The notes: generated by a model from the letters alone, not told the origin. A stretch of DNA of 64,000 nucleotides from Piedraia hortae CBS 480.64 (GCA_010093745.1 MU006006.1:1-64000); one strand, 5' to 3'. Counted from the stretch's first letter, positions 1-11,027 are shown. A program made the numbers and translations.

Positions 1-386
1 CGTGAAGTCGAGAGCCGAGCGACGGTTACTAATAATGCGCGTAATATACCGCATATTCACAACACGGACGGCACTAAATGTTCAGTTCTGCTGTACAGTA
101 TACACCATTGTTCATGCGCACCGGCTCGGTGAAATCGCAACGGACCTTTCTCTTGCGACAACAATCGCAAGCTCGCCGCACAGCTCTTATCTCTGGATAC
201 ATTGGTCGTTTCCTTTGACATTCGATGGGTACCAATAGCAATAGCGTTGGGACAACAAAGTGATGAATGTTGAAATTGCTTGCTGCTCTTTTGTTTCACA
301 TGAGCACATTAGTAACGAAAGAATGCAGGGAAAGGAAAGCCTTTGTGAGCTGGAGGGTCGAAGGCTGCTGGTTACACAGCAGACTG

Positions 387-1406
387 TTAACCTTTAGAGG
401 GCTCATAATCGACTGCATTGCTACATTCGACAAAGTCTTCTAGTTCCTTGCTGACCGTTTTGAGCTTCTCCATCACTGCCGTCACGCCTTCGACGCCGAC
501 AATGTGTCTGACGGGTGGGTTCTCATGCCCACCTATCGACAAGACAGCATGCACCGTCTCTGCCACCAGACGCTCTGTCATGGCTGATGACAGCGGCGGG
601 TAGATGCTGGTCACCTCGTTGCTGTGGAGTTGATCGCCCAAAGTAGGCTCGGCTGTGCCTTCCAGCCGGTCTAATAGACCAGAGAAGATGTTCCGTGAGA
701 GCGGAGCGGGATTGGTGCCCTCTGCATACGCACTCATTGGCGGCACGCTTGTGATCTTGTGCGTGAATACTGTCACTTCCATGTTAGGTTGCAGAATTGT
801 GATTTTAATGTTAAAAGGTGCAACCTCGTAGGCCAGACTATCACAGTAGCCTTCAATTGCCCACTGCGAGGCACAGTACATGCCTAACCCCGGAGTACCG
901 AGGTGGCCCGTGATGGCAGAAAGCAGAAGGATGTGGCCATTGTTCTGCTTTCGTAACACGGGTAGAGCAGTTCTGATGACATTGACTGGTCCGAAAAAAT
1001 TAGATTCGAACTGATCATGCACAAGTGCTCTGGTGCGCGAGTCTTGGCTAAGTTCTTCAATGGTGCCAATGACAACCTCGCTGTCGCAGCAGAACAAGAT
1101 GTCTATGCGGCCAAACTTGTTCACAGCCTCGGCCACAGCCGACTGGCTGTTGGCGACGTTGCGCGAGTCCAACGCAATGAGGCTCAGCCGACTGGCCCAC
1201 AAAGGCTCGCCACGCAATTGTTCCAAGAACTCTGTAAATGTTGGACTAGCATCGCCCGAGGGCACGCCACCAGCCACAAAGTCGCCATGCTCCAGAGCGT
1301 GTCGACAGAGGCTGATGCCAATCGGGCTGGTCACACATGTAACAAACCAAACACGTGGCTCTTTGTGCGCCGGAAACTTGATTTGCTGAGATTTACCTTG
1401 AGTCAT
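387..1406 (-). CDS. Short-chain dehydrogenase/reductase family protein (atypical motifs)
   Basis: Intronless ORF, first ATG at 1406. SDR-like segments VWFVT..SPIG, FGRIDILF, QFESNFFGPVNVIRTALPVLRKQ, YCASQWAIEGYCDSLAYEVAPFNIKITILQP. Confidence 0.85.
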   Translation of the reverse strand: MTQGKSQQIKFPAHKEPRVWFVTCVTSPIGISLCRHALEHGDFVAGGVPSGDASPTFTEFLEQLRGEPLWASRLSLIALDSRNVANSQSAVAEAVNKFGRIDILFCCDSEVVIGTIEELSQDSRTRALVHDQFESNFFGPVNVIRTALPVLRKQNNGHILLLSAITGHLGTPGLGMYCASQWAIEGYCDSLAYEVAPFNIKITILQPNMEVTVFTHKITSVPPMSAYAEGTNPAPLSRNIFSGLLDRLEGTAEPTLGDQLHSNEVTSIYPPLSSAMTERLVAETVHAVLSIGGHENPPVRHIVGVEGVTAVMEKLKTVSKELEDFVECSNAVDYEPSKG

Positions 1407-1556
1407 TTGCAACTCAATTGCTATCTAGGCATGAGCATGGTTGTTGTTGTCCTTGTTGTTACTGCTTACATCATGCACGAGTCAGACTGGGTCAAATTTT
1501 GACACGCGCACACACTGAATTATGGAAAACCTATATCTCAATCAACAGAGTTTTCA

Positions 1557-3717
1557 ATGCCACCGGGCCGCATTCTCTACATTGACGCATATGATTCTTT
1601 CTCCAACAACATCGTCGCGTTGCTCAAGGACAATCTGCCCGTGACCGTAGAAGTAATTCGTCATGACGACGCACGGTTTTTACAAGATGAGCCAGCTTTC
1701 GACGAATACTTAACTCAATTCGATGCAGCAGTAGCTGGCCCAGGGCCGGGCCATCCGGCAAACCCCGAAGATGTTGGTCTCATAGGTCAACTCTGGCAAC
1801 AATCTAGGCCCGTTCTGGCAATATGTCTGGGCTTCCAGAGCCTTGTTCTAGCCCACGGGCTGCAAGTGTCACAGCTAAAAGCACCCCGCCATGGACTCGT
1901 ACGACGAATCACACATTGCAAGCAGGATCTATTTTCCAGCCTTGGAGAGATACAAGCGACGCAATATCATTCGCTACATGTAAGCCTAGAGTATCCACCG
2001 CAATATATGCGCGGATCTTCTGCACATGACTTGGTTCCCTTGGCGTGGGACCTGGACGACGCTGTCAATGGCAAAATCCTGATGGCGATAAGGCATCGGG
2101 TGAAGCCTTATTGGGGAGTGCAGTTCCACCCAGAGTCTGTGTGTTCTACAATGGGTTCCCAGCTTGTCAGCTCGTGGTGGCACTTGGTGTGTGACTACAA
2201 CCGGAAGGTGAATGGTGACTGTAAGTTCAAACTGCAAGCAGCTCCTGCTGTCCATCCAGCGGCTCGGCAAGTGTCATGGAGTTCGTTTGAAAGCTCGATA
2301 AGTGCGGCCGAGGTCGTGGAGGCCCTGCATGAGGAAGTTGTTCTGTTGGAATCAGGTTTGTGTAATGGCAAGCCTGTCAATTCAGAGACTGGACGGTACA
2401 GCATCGTGGGGGTTCATAACTCAAACTCGTTGCAGATATGCTGGTCCAATCAAAAGTTAACACTGTACGAAGATGGCAAAGTGACCGAGTGTCATCGAGT
2501 GCAAGTGCAGGATGTGTTTGTCCATCTTGAAAGAATACTAGAGCAGTATCGAGCTTTGGGCGGGATCGAGGCAATACCGTTTTGGGGAGGACTGGTAGGC
2601 TACATCTCATATGAAGCCGGACTCAACACTATTGGTATTCAGACGGACAATGCAGATCAGCCTGAAATCTGGTTCATAATGGTCGAAAGGTCAATAGTTC
2701 TGGATCACATGCAGAACAAAGTGTTTGTTCAGAGCTGTCGAGCAGATGACTGTGAGTGGGTGCACAACATGACGCAAGCTCTAAGTTCCCGGTCATCAGG
2801 TCATAAGTCAGAGTCGTCAGTAAAACCTGGAGTTATAATCTCCGAACCGAGTAAGGCAATATACTTCCAACAGGTCGAAGCCTGTCAACGTCATCTCCAT
2901 GCCGGATCCTCGTACGAGCTGTGTCTCACGGGTCAAACCATCGTCTGCAATGATACACCTTCATGGACGCTCTATCGAGACCTGCAGCAAAGAAACCCTG
3001 CGCCGTTCAGTGCATACATCCACCTCTACAACAACGATGACAAGGACGTAACCATCATAAGCAGTTCCCCAGAGCGTTTCCTCTCGTGGACGCGTTCAGG
3101 GAGGTGTCAATTCAGGCCCATCAAGGGCACCGTTCGCAAGGATGACAACATGACAAAAGCCAAAGCCGAGGCCATCCTCGGTACTGTTAAAGAACGGGCC
3201 GAGAACCTCATGATTGTGGACTTGATCAGGCATGACCTTAATGGCGTTGAAGGGTGAGTCAACAAGAAACACCTAAACGAAGGGCTGACAGTTCCAAAGC
3301 GTGCAAAAAGTCTACGTCCCCCAGTTGATGAAGGTAGAAGAGTACTCCACCGTCTATCAACTGGTGTCAGTCATCGAGGGGGATCTGAGCGCTGCACCTA
3401 GCCGCTTTGCTGCCCTATCCCGATCCCTTCCCCCGGGATCAATTACAGGCGCGCCAAAGAAGCGTAGTTGCCAACTTCTCCAAGAGTTAGAAGGTAAGCA
3501 ACCCCGTGGAGTCTACAGCGGCGTGCTGGGCTACTTGGACGTTGGAGGTGGAGCAGACTTCTCCGTTGTAATTCGAACGGCTGCTAGATACAGTCCTACC
3601 GGTCCATGGCACATTGGCGCGGGAGGTGCAATCACCGCCCTATCATTTCCCGACGCCGAATGGGCCGAGCTTTTAACCAAACGCTGCAGCGTTCTTCGCA
3701 CGTTCAGCCAACAATAA
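1557..3717 (+). CDS. ABZ1: Aminodeoxychorismate (PABA) synthase: glutamine amidotransferase + chorismate-binding domains
   Basis: GATase motifs IDAYDSF, GPGPGHP, ICLGFQ, YHSL, VQFHPES; chorismate-binding motifs SSSPERF, PIKGT, ENLMIVDLIRHDL, PPGSITGAPK, GAGGAIT. Intron 3254-3299 (GTGAGT..GCTGAC..AAG) joins the two ORFs in frame. Confidence 0.93.
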
Positions 3718-3743
3718 TCATACAATGTGGAGCTGTACACCCT

Positions 3744-4489
3744 CTACCAAAACCTCCAAACCAACAACAGCAGCACCAGAAACCCCAGCGCGCCAAAGGG
3801 ACCGTACTGTTTGAGGAGCAGCTCCCAGTTGATCCTGACTGCCGCTCTTTTGTACTTTTTCGAGTCTTCTTTCAGCCTCGACGACAAATCGCCCATCTTC
3901 TCCAGGCTATCGCCCCGATAGAGCAAGTCCTCGATGTTCTTCGTCATGATATCTGCTACTCCCTTGAGTTCATCGTTCAGCCGCGAGAGATTGTCATTGG
4001 CCCGCGCGTCCTGGTATGTCTTCTTTGTGCGGTCGATGAATCGCTCAAACTCGCTGTACTGGTACGGCCGTACTTGTGCAGCAAGGTACTGCGAGGCTTG
4101 GTACGACGTTGTGAATTCGGCGCGAATGTCTTCGAGGTAGGTCATGGCGAGTTTCTTGGGGTAGGATCTCTCGGTTATCGTTAGGTAGCAAAGGTGGTCA
4201 TGCAGAATGTAACTGTTCCCTTTGGTCAAAAAGACTCTGCCAACGTCCCAACCGCACATACTGCAAGGTAAACTTGCCGCTCTCAAGACTTGCGCGCGGC
4301 TCGCTCTGTGGTGTAATCTTGCGAATTACTTGTCGTGTTTGCGATTTCAACTCATTGAGCTCCGCCGGCGCGGCGCTGTCCGTGTCCATTGACGCAACCA
4401 GTATTAGTCCTGCAGTTGCATGAGAACTTGAGCTGATCGAAGAACGAAATCTTACCGTCTAAACGGACAATTTGTGTCGAGAAAATCAT
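3744..4489 (-). CDS. SEC22: R-SNARE Sec22 (longin + synaptobrevin + C-terminal TM)
   Basis: Exons 4489-4456, 4409-4262, 4212-3744 with canonical introns. MIFSTQIVRLDGLILVAS..; YPKKLAMTYLEDI; IMTKNIEDLLYRGDSLE; C-terminal TM helix. Confidence 0.93.
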
Positions 4490-4687
4490 TGCTTATCGTG
4501 TCCTCTGGCCGCCGCGCTGAAGTCGAAGCGAGTGACGTTGCGATATCACACAGGCTGTCCCACGTCACCCCCACTTTTTCCGGTGCCAAGTGTTCCCCGC
4601 TCTCCCCTTCCTCCCACGCACTTCCCTTCTTCTCTTCCACTCTCACCACCTCCCTCCTCTCCCTCCTCTCCCCGTTCCACCTCTACA

Positions 4688-5122
4688 CTGGCTCCGGCAA
4701 CAGCTAAACAACAGCGGCTACTGACTGCCAAGTCGTCGCCGCTTGCTGATGTGGATCTTGGTGTACGTTTCTCTTTTCCCCCAAATTCGTCGAGTCTGCT
4801 AACCGAATAGGCGTTGCTGATCAAGCCGTCGGCATGGGATGAGCTTCCTCTCACGCAAAAGATGATGATATATGTTCATCTGCCCGTGCCTTGCAACGAA
4901 CTGGGTGAAAAGCCGTTTGACGTCACTGTCAACCCGCTCAACTGCCCCCACGGTCAAGTGGTGCGAGAAGAACTGGAGCGCTGGCAGAAAAATCTCAAGT
5001 CAGGGTTCGAGGGGAAGGCATTTGAAAATGAGGCACGAAGAGGCGCCGAGGAGAGAATGGATGCAGTTGCTTCGGCGGAGGAGCAGGGCAACGATGTGAA
5101 TACAACAGGTGGACGTGCTTGA
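4688..5122 (+). CDS. Small ASXH/DEUBAD (Asx-homology) domain protein, about 128 aa, probable CUG start
   Basis: Intron 4763-4810 (GTACGT..GCTAAC..TAG) gives LLTAKSSPLADVDLGALLIKPSAWDELPLTQKMMIYVHLP...VREELERWQKNLKSG, resembling the fungal ASXH domain. No upstream in-frame ATG; in-frame ACA-CTG-G at 4688. Confidence 0.65.
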
Positions 5123-6317
5123 GACGAGTCATGCTCACTGCAATGAGCGTCTTTTTTTAGGTCAGAATGCGAAGACCTGTGACTGGTGTGTCAACGGGAT
5201 TTGGGCCAGCATGGCAGACTTGGGCTGTTTTTGGACAGCGAGCATCTGCATCTACCTTCACAGACATAATAATTTCCGTTGTTCGCAATAAGAAGTTTGT
5301 GCTTACGCGGTGTATGCGGAACTTGAGCCGTGGTGTTGGGGCACAACAGCTTATCGACTCCAGGTGCAATTACTGCACTTTCCCCTGTCCATTCTATACG
5401 GTTGCCAAGGCATCACTCCCGAAGATGCCAAGGCAGCAACACGTTTTCGCCCCCCTGTCTCGAATGGAGTCACGGAGGGCCAAGCAGATCATCATTTGGG
5501 GTGCAGAGACAGCTTTCTACACCTGTTGGTGCATGGCAGTCGAATTAAGGTCTGGTTGCAGGCTGCAGAGGCGCGCGATATATGAAGAACAAACTATGGA
5601 GGATATCAGCGAAGGCGAAATCGGTACCAGCATCTTGGTTGAGGTGGTGCTGGTGCGAGGCAAAGGTCGAGACAGCAAAGTGGGCATGAAGGCAAACGTA
5701 CGGGTCATTATCAGCATGGAGAGTGGACGGTCCATTTCCAGCACGCCTTATTCAATGCACGAAGTTCGTTGGGAGGAAGCAAGGTCAAGGGCTGGAACAA
5801 AATCCAATTATGACTGGAGGAGTAAGCACTTGGGTGGATCTCAGTGATTGCTGTTGCTAGTAGGATGTGTTTGCTTGTACATCTTCACCATTCTCATCCT
5901 TGGCCATATGCTGTGGATGAGAATGGTGATTGTGCGGTGTGGGTTTGGAATTTTAGACTGTGTTCTGCCTACTGGCTGGAGGCAGCTGGATTGGTAGTCG
6001 AGGCGAGGAAGTATGGAGTTACATTTGTGGCCATCGAATGGCTAGGTAGAGGATAGCAGAAATATACTATCGCACTCTGAGGATCCACCTTTATTTACCT
6101 TGTGCATGTTGTTCAAATCGCAGGGGTTTGTCATTTGCGAACAGGCCGGTTCAGTGATCCTGGAAAAGAGAACCAGCTGCAAATTTTTCATCTGTCCCAT
6201 CACAGAGACTTACCCTGATACAGCTAGTGCTTCTGGACCCCGCCAAAGTCTCCTGCAATCTTGAATCCACTCAAAGCCTTGGCACTTACCTAGCAAATCC
6301 ACGCACAAACAACGAAA

Positions 6318-7314
6318 ATGCCACCTCACAAGACCCATGCGCACACTCACAAGCTCTTACTGATGAACAAACTCCTCTCCGACCCCTCACCATTCACCCT
6401 AATCCTCGACACCCTCGAACAATCAAGTCGACCTTTGATCAAAGAAATCCTCCGCCGCGCAAACGTACGTAACCCTACCAGCCCTACTCGCACCAACTAA
6501 CTCCCCCAGGAACGTAAAATGCGAGTTATATTCGTCTCCTTCGAAATCCTCACTCCACCCTCTGGGGGGAACATAACACCCATCCACGCCTGGAAAGAGC
6601 CACACACCTGGCATACCCAAACCAAAGACCAACTAACCAAACACTCCTCACAAAGTATGCCTCTACCCTACCAAAAACCCACCTAACAGTGCAGAAACAT
6701 TATTAATAATCGACTCCCTTCACCAAATCCACGACCCCGTGCGGACTCTAACACCCTTCCTCTACCCGAACACAAGCCTGATAGGGGTATATCACACTGA
6801 CATCCCCACCCCATCGGTGCCCTACCACCCCGATGGGTTGACAATGCTAAAATTCCTCGCCACGACTATTTTCTCCGTAAGGAATTTTAGGTCGGTTATG
6901 GCTTTTCATGAGGCGAGGGGGAGGAGGGTTGTGCCATCATCCTTTGGGATTGAAGAAGGGGAGGGCGTGCTGCTTAGTCGAGGCGCGAATGGGATGGAGT
7001 ACGTCCTTGAGGTTGAGAGTCGACGAAAATCGGGGAGGGAGGTTGTGGAGGTTTTTTGGATGGGGAGGGGTGGGGAGGTGGAGGTTTTGGACAAGATCTT
7101 GGGGGTTAGGGGGAAGGAGGAGGAGAAAGAGGAGGTTAAAGAGGATGGTTTGACGTTTGAGTTGGGGTTGAAGGAGAAGGAAAAGAGGGAGAGGGAGGGG
7201 GTTGTGCTCCCTTATTATGATGCGCAGGCGACGATGGGGGAGGGGAGGGGTGGGAGAATTTTATATGATTTCGGGGTGGAGGATGATTTTGATGAGGAGG
7301 AGGATGAGATTTGA
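6318..7314 (+). CDS. ELP5: Elongator complex subunit 5
   Basis: Exons 6318-6464, 6510-6654, 6695-7314. SPFTLILDTLEQSSRPLIKE, LLIIDSL, and the Elp5/Iki1-type C-terminus TFELGL..KEKREREGVVLPYYDAQ...GRILYDF..EDDFDEEEDEI. Confidence 0.85.
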
Positions 7315-8963
7315 TGGGGAGGGGAAGGGTGAAGGGGTAGTGGAATTTGATGGGGTGTTGATGGAGTGGGGGTTTGGTTTGGCGGGGATGATGGGTAAGG
7401 GGTGTGCTATTGGTTGTTTGGGTGTTTGAATGGTTGACGAAAAGGTAGGCAAAAAGTTCTAGACGTTGATACAGTAGGGAATAATGCCTCGATAACATCA
7501 CACAGCACTGGCGGACTAGTTTAGTCGAGTAAGGGCATATTTAGACCATGGCATCCATCATCCAGTGACCAGCTAATCGCTGAACGTGTCATGCACTCAA
7601 GGCATTCATGACATTCTGCTAGACGAAAGGCAAGGCGACAACGTATCTGGCTTACCCGTAAGCTTAGCTCGGCTAGCGACAGCTTACCATACGGCTTCTG
7701 GTTGGTGTGACCTCATCGTACTAGGGTCTGCGGGCCCGCAACAGTCGCATTGAGGCACGACGAAAAATTCGGCTCAAGTAAGCTAACCTGCAGTTCGGAT
7801 GATTGACAACACGAGCGTTCATCCTCACTGGTAAAGCCATTTTGTACGACGGCCTCACATGTCTCAGAGTCTGCAGCAACCGAGGAGAAGCCCCGAGCTC
7901 GGGTAAGCGATTGATACGACTCTGCATGTCATGCGTGGCGGCGGATTAAGATGGACGGCGGCCTGTCTCGCCGGGTGATTGCATATCGAGCTGACCACCG
8001 CCTGGTGGTTGACGTCGGGGCGGCTTTGGCTTCCCAACGGTTTCATGCGGGCCAGGATCGACGTCACTGTCCATCACTGTGCTTAACTTCCCAGACATCC
8101 GGGCAGTAGAAGTCCTGTCTTTCTCGAGCTCCGCCCGTAAGCATTAAGGTCGTCCACCTTCCTGCCCTTATACTCCTGATCTGTTGTGGCCATTCAGCGC
8201 TGATATCAGCACGCAGCCCAACCAGGCTGGTGGGATTGCAACCAGCCTTCAGAAATTCTGACGGATGGTTGTCGTTACATAACGTGTATCACGACGCCAC
8301 GGGGCTGATGCATATGAGACTCAGCTGCTGTCGGAGACTATCTGCCTGATTTGTGCGGTTGGATGGTTGGCGGTCGCGCGCGGAACACAGCCGCTATCCC
8401 CGACGACCGCCGCTCGCTGAATTGATACCCGAACCAGACACTGGCTGAAGCGAGAGCTACCACTTGCAGCAGCGCCCCAAGCACTCATTGTAGTGATATT
8501 CTTGGACCACTACACTTGCGATTCTAGCTGATGAGGGGAAAAGCGTGTGCTTACAATTTTTCTTAAAGCTGATTCGGATGTGGTAAAGTCCCACGAAAAT
8601 CGCGTGCGTGCGTTTTCAAGTGTCGACGGTTGATACCATGAACGTGTCGATAAATCGAGTCTCCGATGCAAGAGCTCCACACAGGAAAACGGTAATCGCT
8701 GCTACCGATATCAAACATAAAATGCATGCACATAAACGCCATACACGGCTAAAGACACAGAACAGTAAAGTCCAAACGCCCCCCAACGAATCCCTCTGTA
8801 CATGAGCCGTACAGTCATAGATGCCTCTGTGAATCCTTCGACGCCTGTCGATTCAGCTGATCACGGCTGACCAATTGCCTTCAAGCTGTAGCAGTGTTGC
8901 GGCGATTGGCGTCAATATCCTGGCGTAGTTATAAGCACGAACGAACGGCAATGAGTCAACAAA

Positions 8964-11027
8964 ATGCATTCACCTCCAGTGGTAGAAACTCCCTACCTCA
9001 TCGTTGGTGCTGGACCAGCAGGAGCGGGCCTGGCTTGCTTTCTTGCGAGTCACGGTCTGAAAGGCATCATCATCTCAGCTGCAAATGGCACAGCAAAAGA
9101 GCCACGAGCTCATATTACCAATCCAGCCACGGTGGAATGTCTGCGTGACATTGGACTTCAAGAAGAGGCCGTGAGGGCTTCTACTACTGGGGATAGCGTG
9201 GGCATGGTTCGATGGTGTCACGATATGATTGGAGAGGAGTTTGCTCGTGCTCCAGCTTGGCACGGTAATCCTGGGACCACGACGCAGTTGATGGAAGCGA
9301 GTCCCTGTGACTATATCGACTTGCCTCAATCGATGCTGGAGCCGATTCTTATTCGCAGGGCGACCGGTGATGGTTGGAAAGTGAGGTACAACACCAGGTT
9401 CGTCAAGTATGAGCGAAGCTCCCCGCAAGAGCCTTTCTACACTGAAGTTATAGACGAGACTTCAAATCAGACATTCATCATCAAGAGCAAATACATCTTT
9501 GGCTGTGATGGAGGACGTTCCACCGTTGTGGAGCAGATGAAGCTTCCCTTCACCAAAAGACCTACCCAGGGCCATGCAATGAATATCTTTGTTGAAGCTG
9601 ATCTGTCCCGGTTCATGGGAGATCGCAAAGGATTCATACATTTTGTGGTTCAGCCCGAACAGGACTGTCCGCTTTGGGCAAGGGTAACCGGGGTTCGCAT
9701 GGTTAGGCCCTGGCACCAGTGGATGTTTGTCATCATCTTGCCTCCCACCACCGAGGAGCTCGCTGCGTTGCCATCAGATGAAGAGTTCACAAGCTTGATC
9801 AGCAAGTGGATCGGAGATAATAGCATTCCCGTCAAAATCCTCTCCAAGACAAGATGGCGCGTCAACGACACCGTTGCGGAACGGTATGACGATGGTAGTC
9901 GACGCATTTTCGGGCTAGGAGACGCCGTTCACCGACATCCACCGCACAACGGCCTGGGAAGCAACACAAGCATCCAAGACGCATACAACCTCGCCTGGAA
10001 AGTGGCATATGTCGAAAAAGGTCTCGCCCATGAAGCGCTCCTTGATACTTACAATGCAGAGCGTCAACCTATCGGCAAAAAGGTGGTAGAAAAGTCCACT
10101 ACAACTGTTATAACCATGTTCAAGATTTGGCAAGCCATGGGCGTGCAATTGGACGATGTCAAGGACAGGAGAGCTCACTTCGATGAACTATCGGCGCCTA
10201 CCAAGTTAGGTAGAAAGTATCGCCATCAATTCGAGCAGGGTGTTTTCCTAGTCAGAAACGAGTTTACCTCGCTTGGTATTCACTTGAACCAGCAGTACCA
10301 GTCCCCCGCCATTATTACCCACGACGAAACAGGACCAGCCCCCGAATGGCCTTGGGAAGAGTATATCAAGAACGTCCAGCGTAGCACCTACCCTGGGCAC
10401 AAATTGCCACATGCGGAGCTTTTCCACAGAATCTCCAACAAAGGCCGAATTTCCACAATCGATCTTGCTGGGCACGGCGCCTTCTGCATCATCACCGGCA
10501 TTGGAGGTGATGCTTGGAAGGCTGCGGCCAAGGACATCGGTGCACGCCTGGGGATCCCTTTCAACGCTTACAGTATCGGCTGGAAACAGGACTGGGAAGA
10601 CTTCCTGGGTGACTGGTCCCGCTTGCGTGAGATTGAGGAGGATGGATGCCTGCTTTGCCGCCCCGACCGCACCATCGCCTGGCGTAGCATGGAAATGCGC
10701 GACGATGCCACTGAGTATCTTCTCTATGTTGTGAAGACTGTCCTCGGGATTGAAGATGCTCCTCTGACGAATGGAGGAGGCGAGAATGCACATTTGACCA
10801 ACGGAGTATCGAAAGACACGTTTTTGACCAATTGTAGAGTCAAGGATATGCCTGTGATAAATGGGTCAGCCGAGGACACTTCTTCGACCAATGGTACCGT
10901 CAAGGATGAGCCTTTGGCACATGATGACATTGAGGGTATGCCTCTAGCCAATGGTGATATCGAGGGTATGCCTTTGACAAATGGTGGAAAGGTAGATATG
11001 CCCTTGACCAAAGGGAAACAGGAATAG
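8964..11027 (+). CDS. FAD-dependent aromatic monooxygenase (FAD_binding_3, 2,4-dichlorophenol hydroxylase-like), copy 1
   Basis: Intronless, 687 aa. GAGPAG, PRAHITN, GCDG, GDAVHRHPPHNGLGSNTSIQDAYNLAWK, LCRPD. C-terminal 10-aa repeats. Confidence 0.9.
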   Translation: MHSPPVVETPYLIVGAGPAGAGLACFLASHGLKGIIISAANGTAKEPRAHITNPATVECLRDIGLQEEAVRASTTGDSVGMVRWCHDMIGEEFARAPAWHGNPGTTTQLMEASPCDYIDLPQSMLEPILIRRATGDGWKVRYNTRFVKYERSSPQEPFYTEVIDETSNQTFIIKSKYIFGCDGGRSTVVEQMKLPFTKRPTQGHAMNIFVEADLSRFMGDRKGFIHFVVQPEQDCPLWARVTGVRMVRPWHQWMFVIILPPTTEELAALPSDEEFTSLISKWIGDNSIPVKILSKTRWRVNDTVAERYDDGSRRIFGLGDAVHRHPPHNGLGSNTSIQDAYNLAWKVAYVEKGLAHEALLDTYNAERQPIGKKVVEKSTTTVITMFKIWQAMGVQLDDVKDRRAHFDELSAPTKLGRKYRHQFEQGVFLVRNEFTSLGIHLNQQYQSPAIITHDETGPAPEWPWEEYIKNVQRSTYPGHKLPHAELFHRISNKGRISTIDLAGHGAFCIITGIGGDAWKAAAKDIGARLGIPFNAYSIGWKQDWEDFLGDWSRLREIEEDGCLLCRPDRTIAWRSMEMRDDATEYLLYVVKTVLGIEDAPLTNGGGENAHLTNGVSKDTFLTNCRVKDMPVINGSAEDTSSTNGTVKDEPLAHDDIEGMPLANGDIEGMPLTNGGKVDMPLTKGKQE
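10765..11024 (+). repeat. 30-bp degenerate coding tandem repeat, about 9 units (LTNGxxEDxx)
   Basis: LTNGGGENAH LTNGVSKDTF LTNCRVKDMP VINGSAEDTS STNGTVKDEP LAHDDIEGMP LANGDIEGMP LTNGGKVDMP LTKG. Confidence 0.85.
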
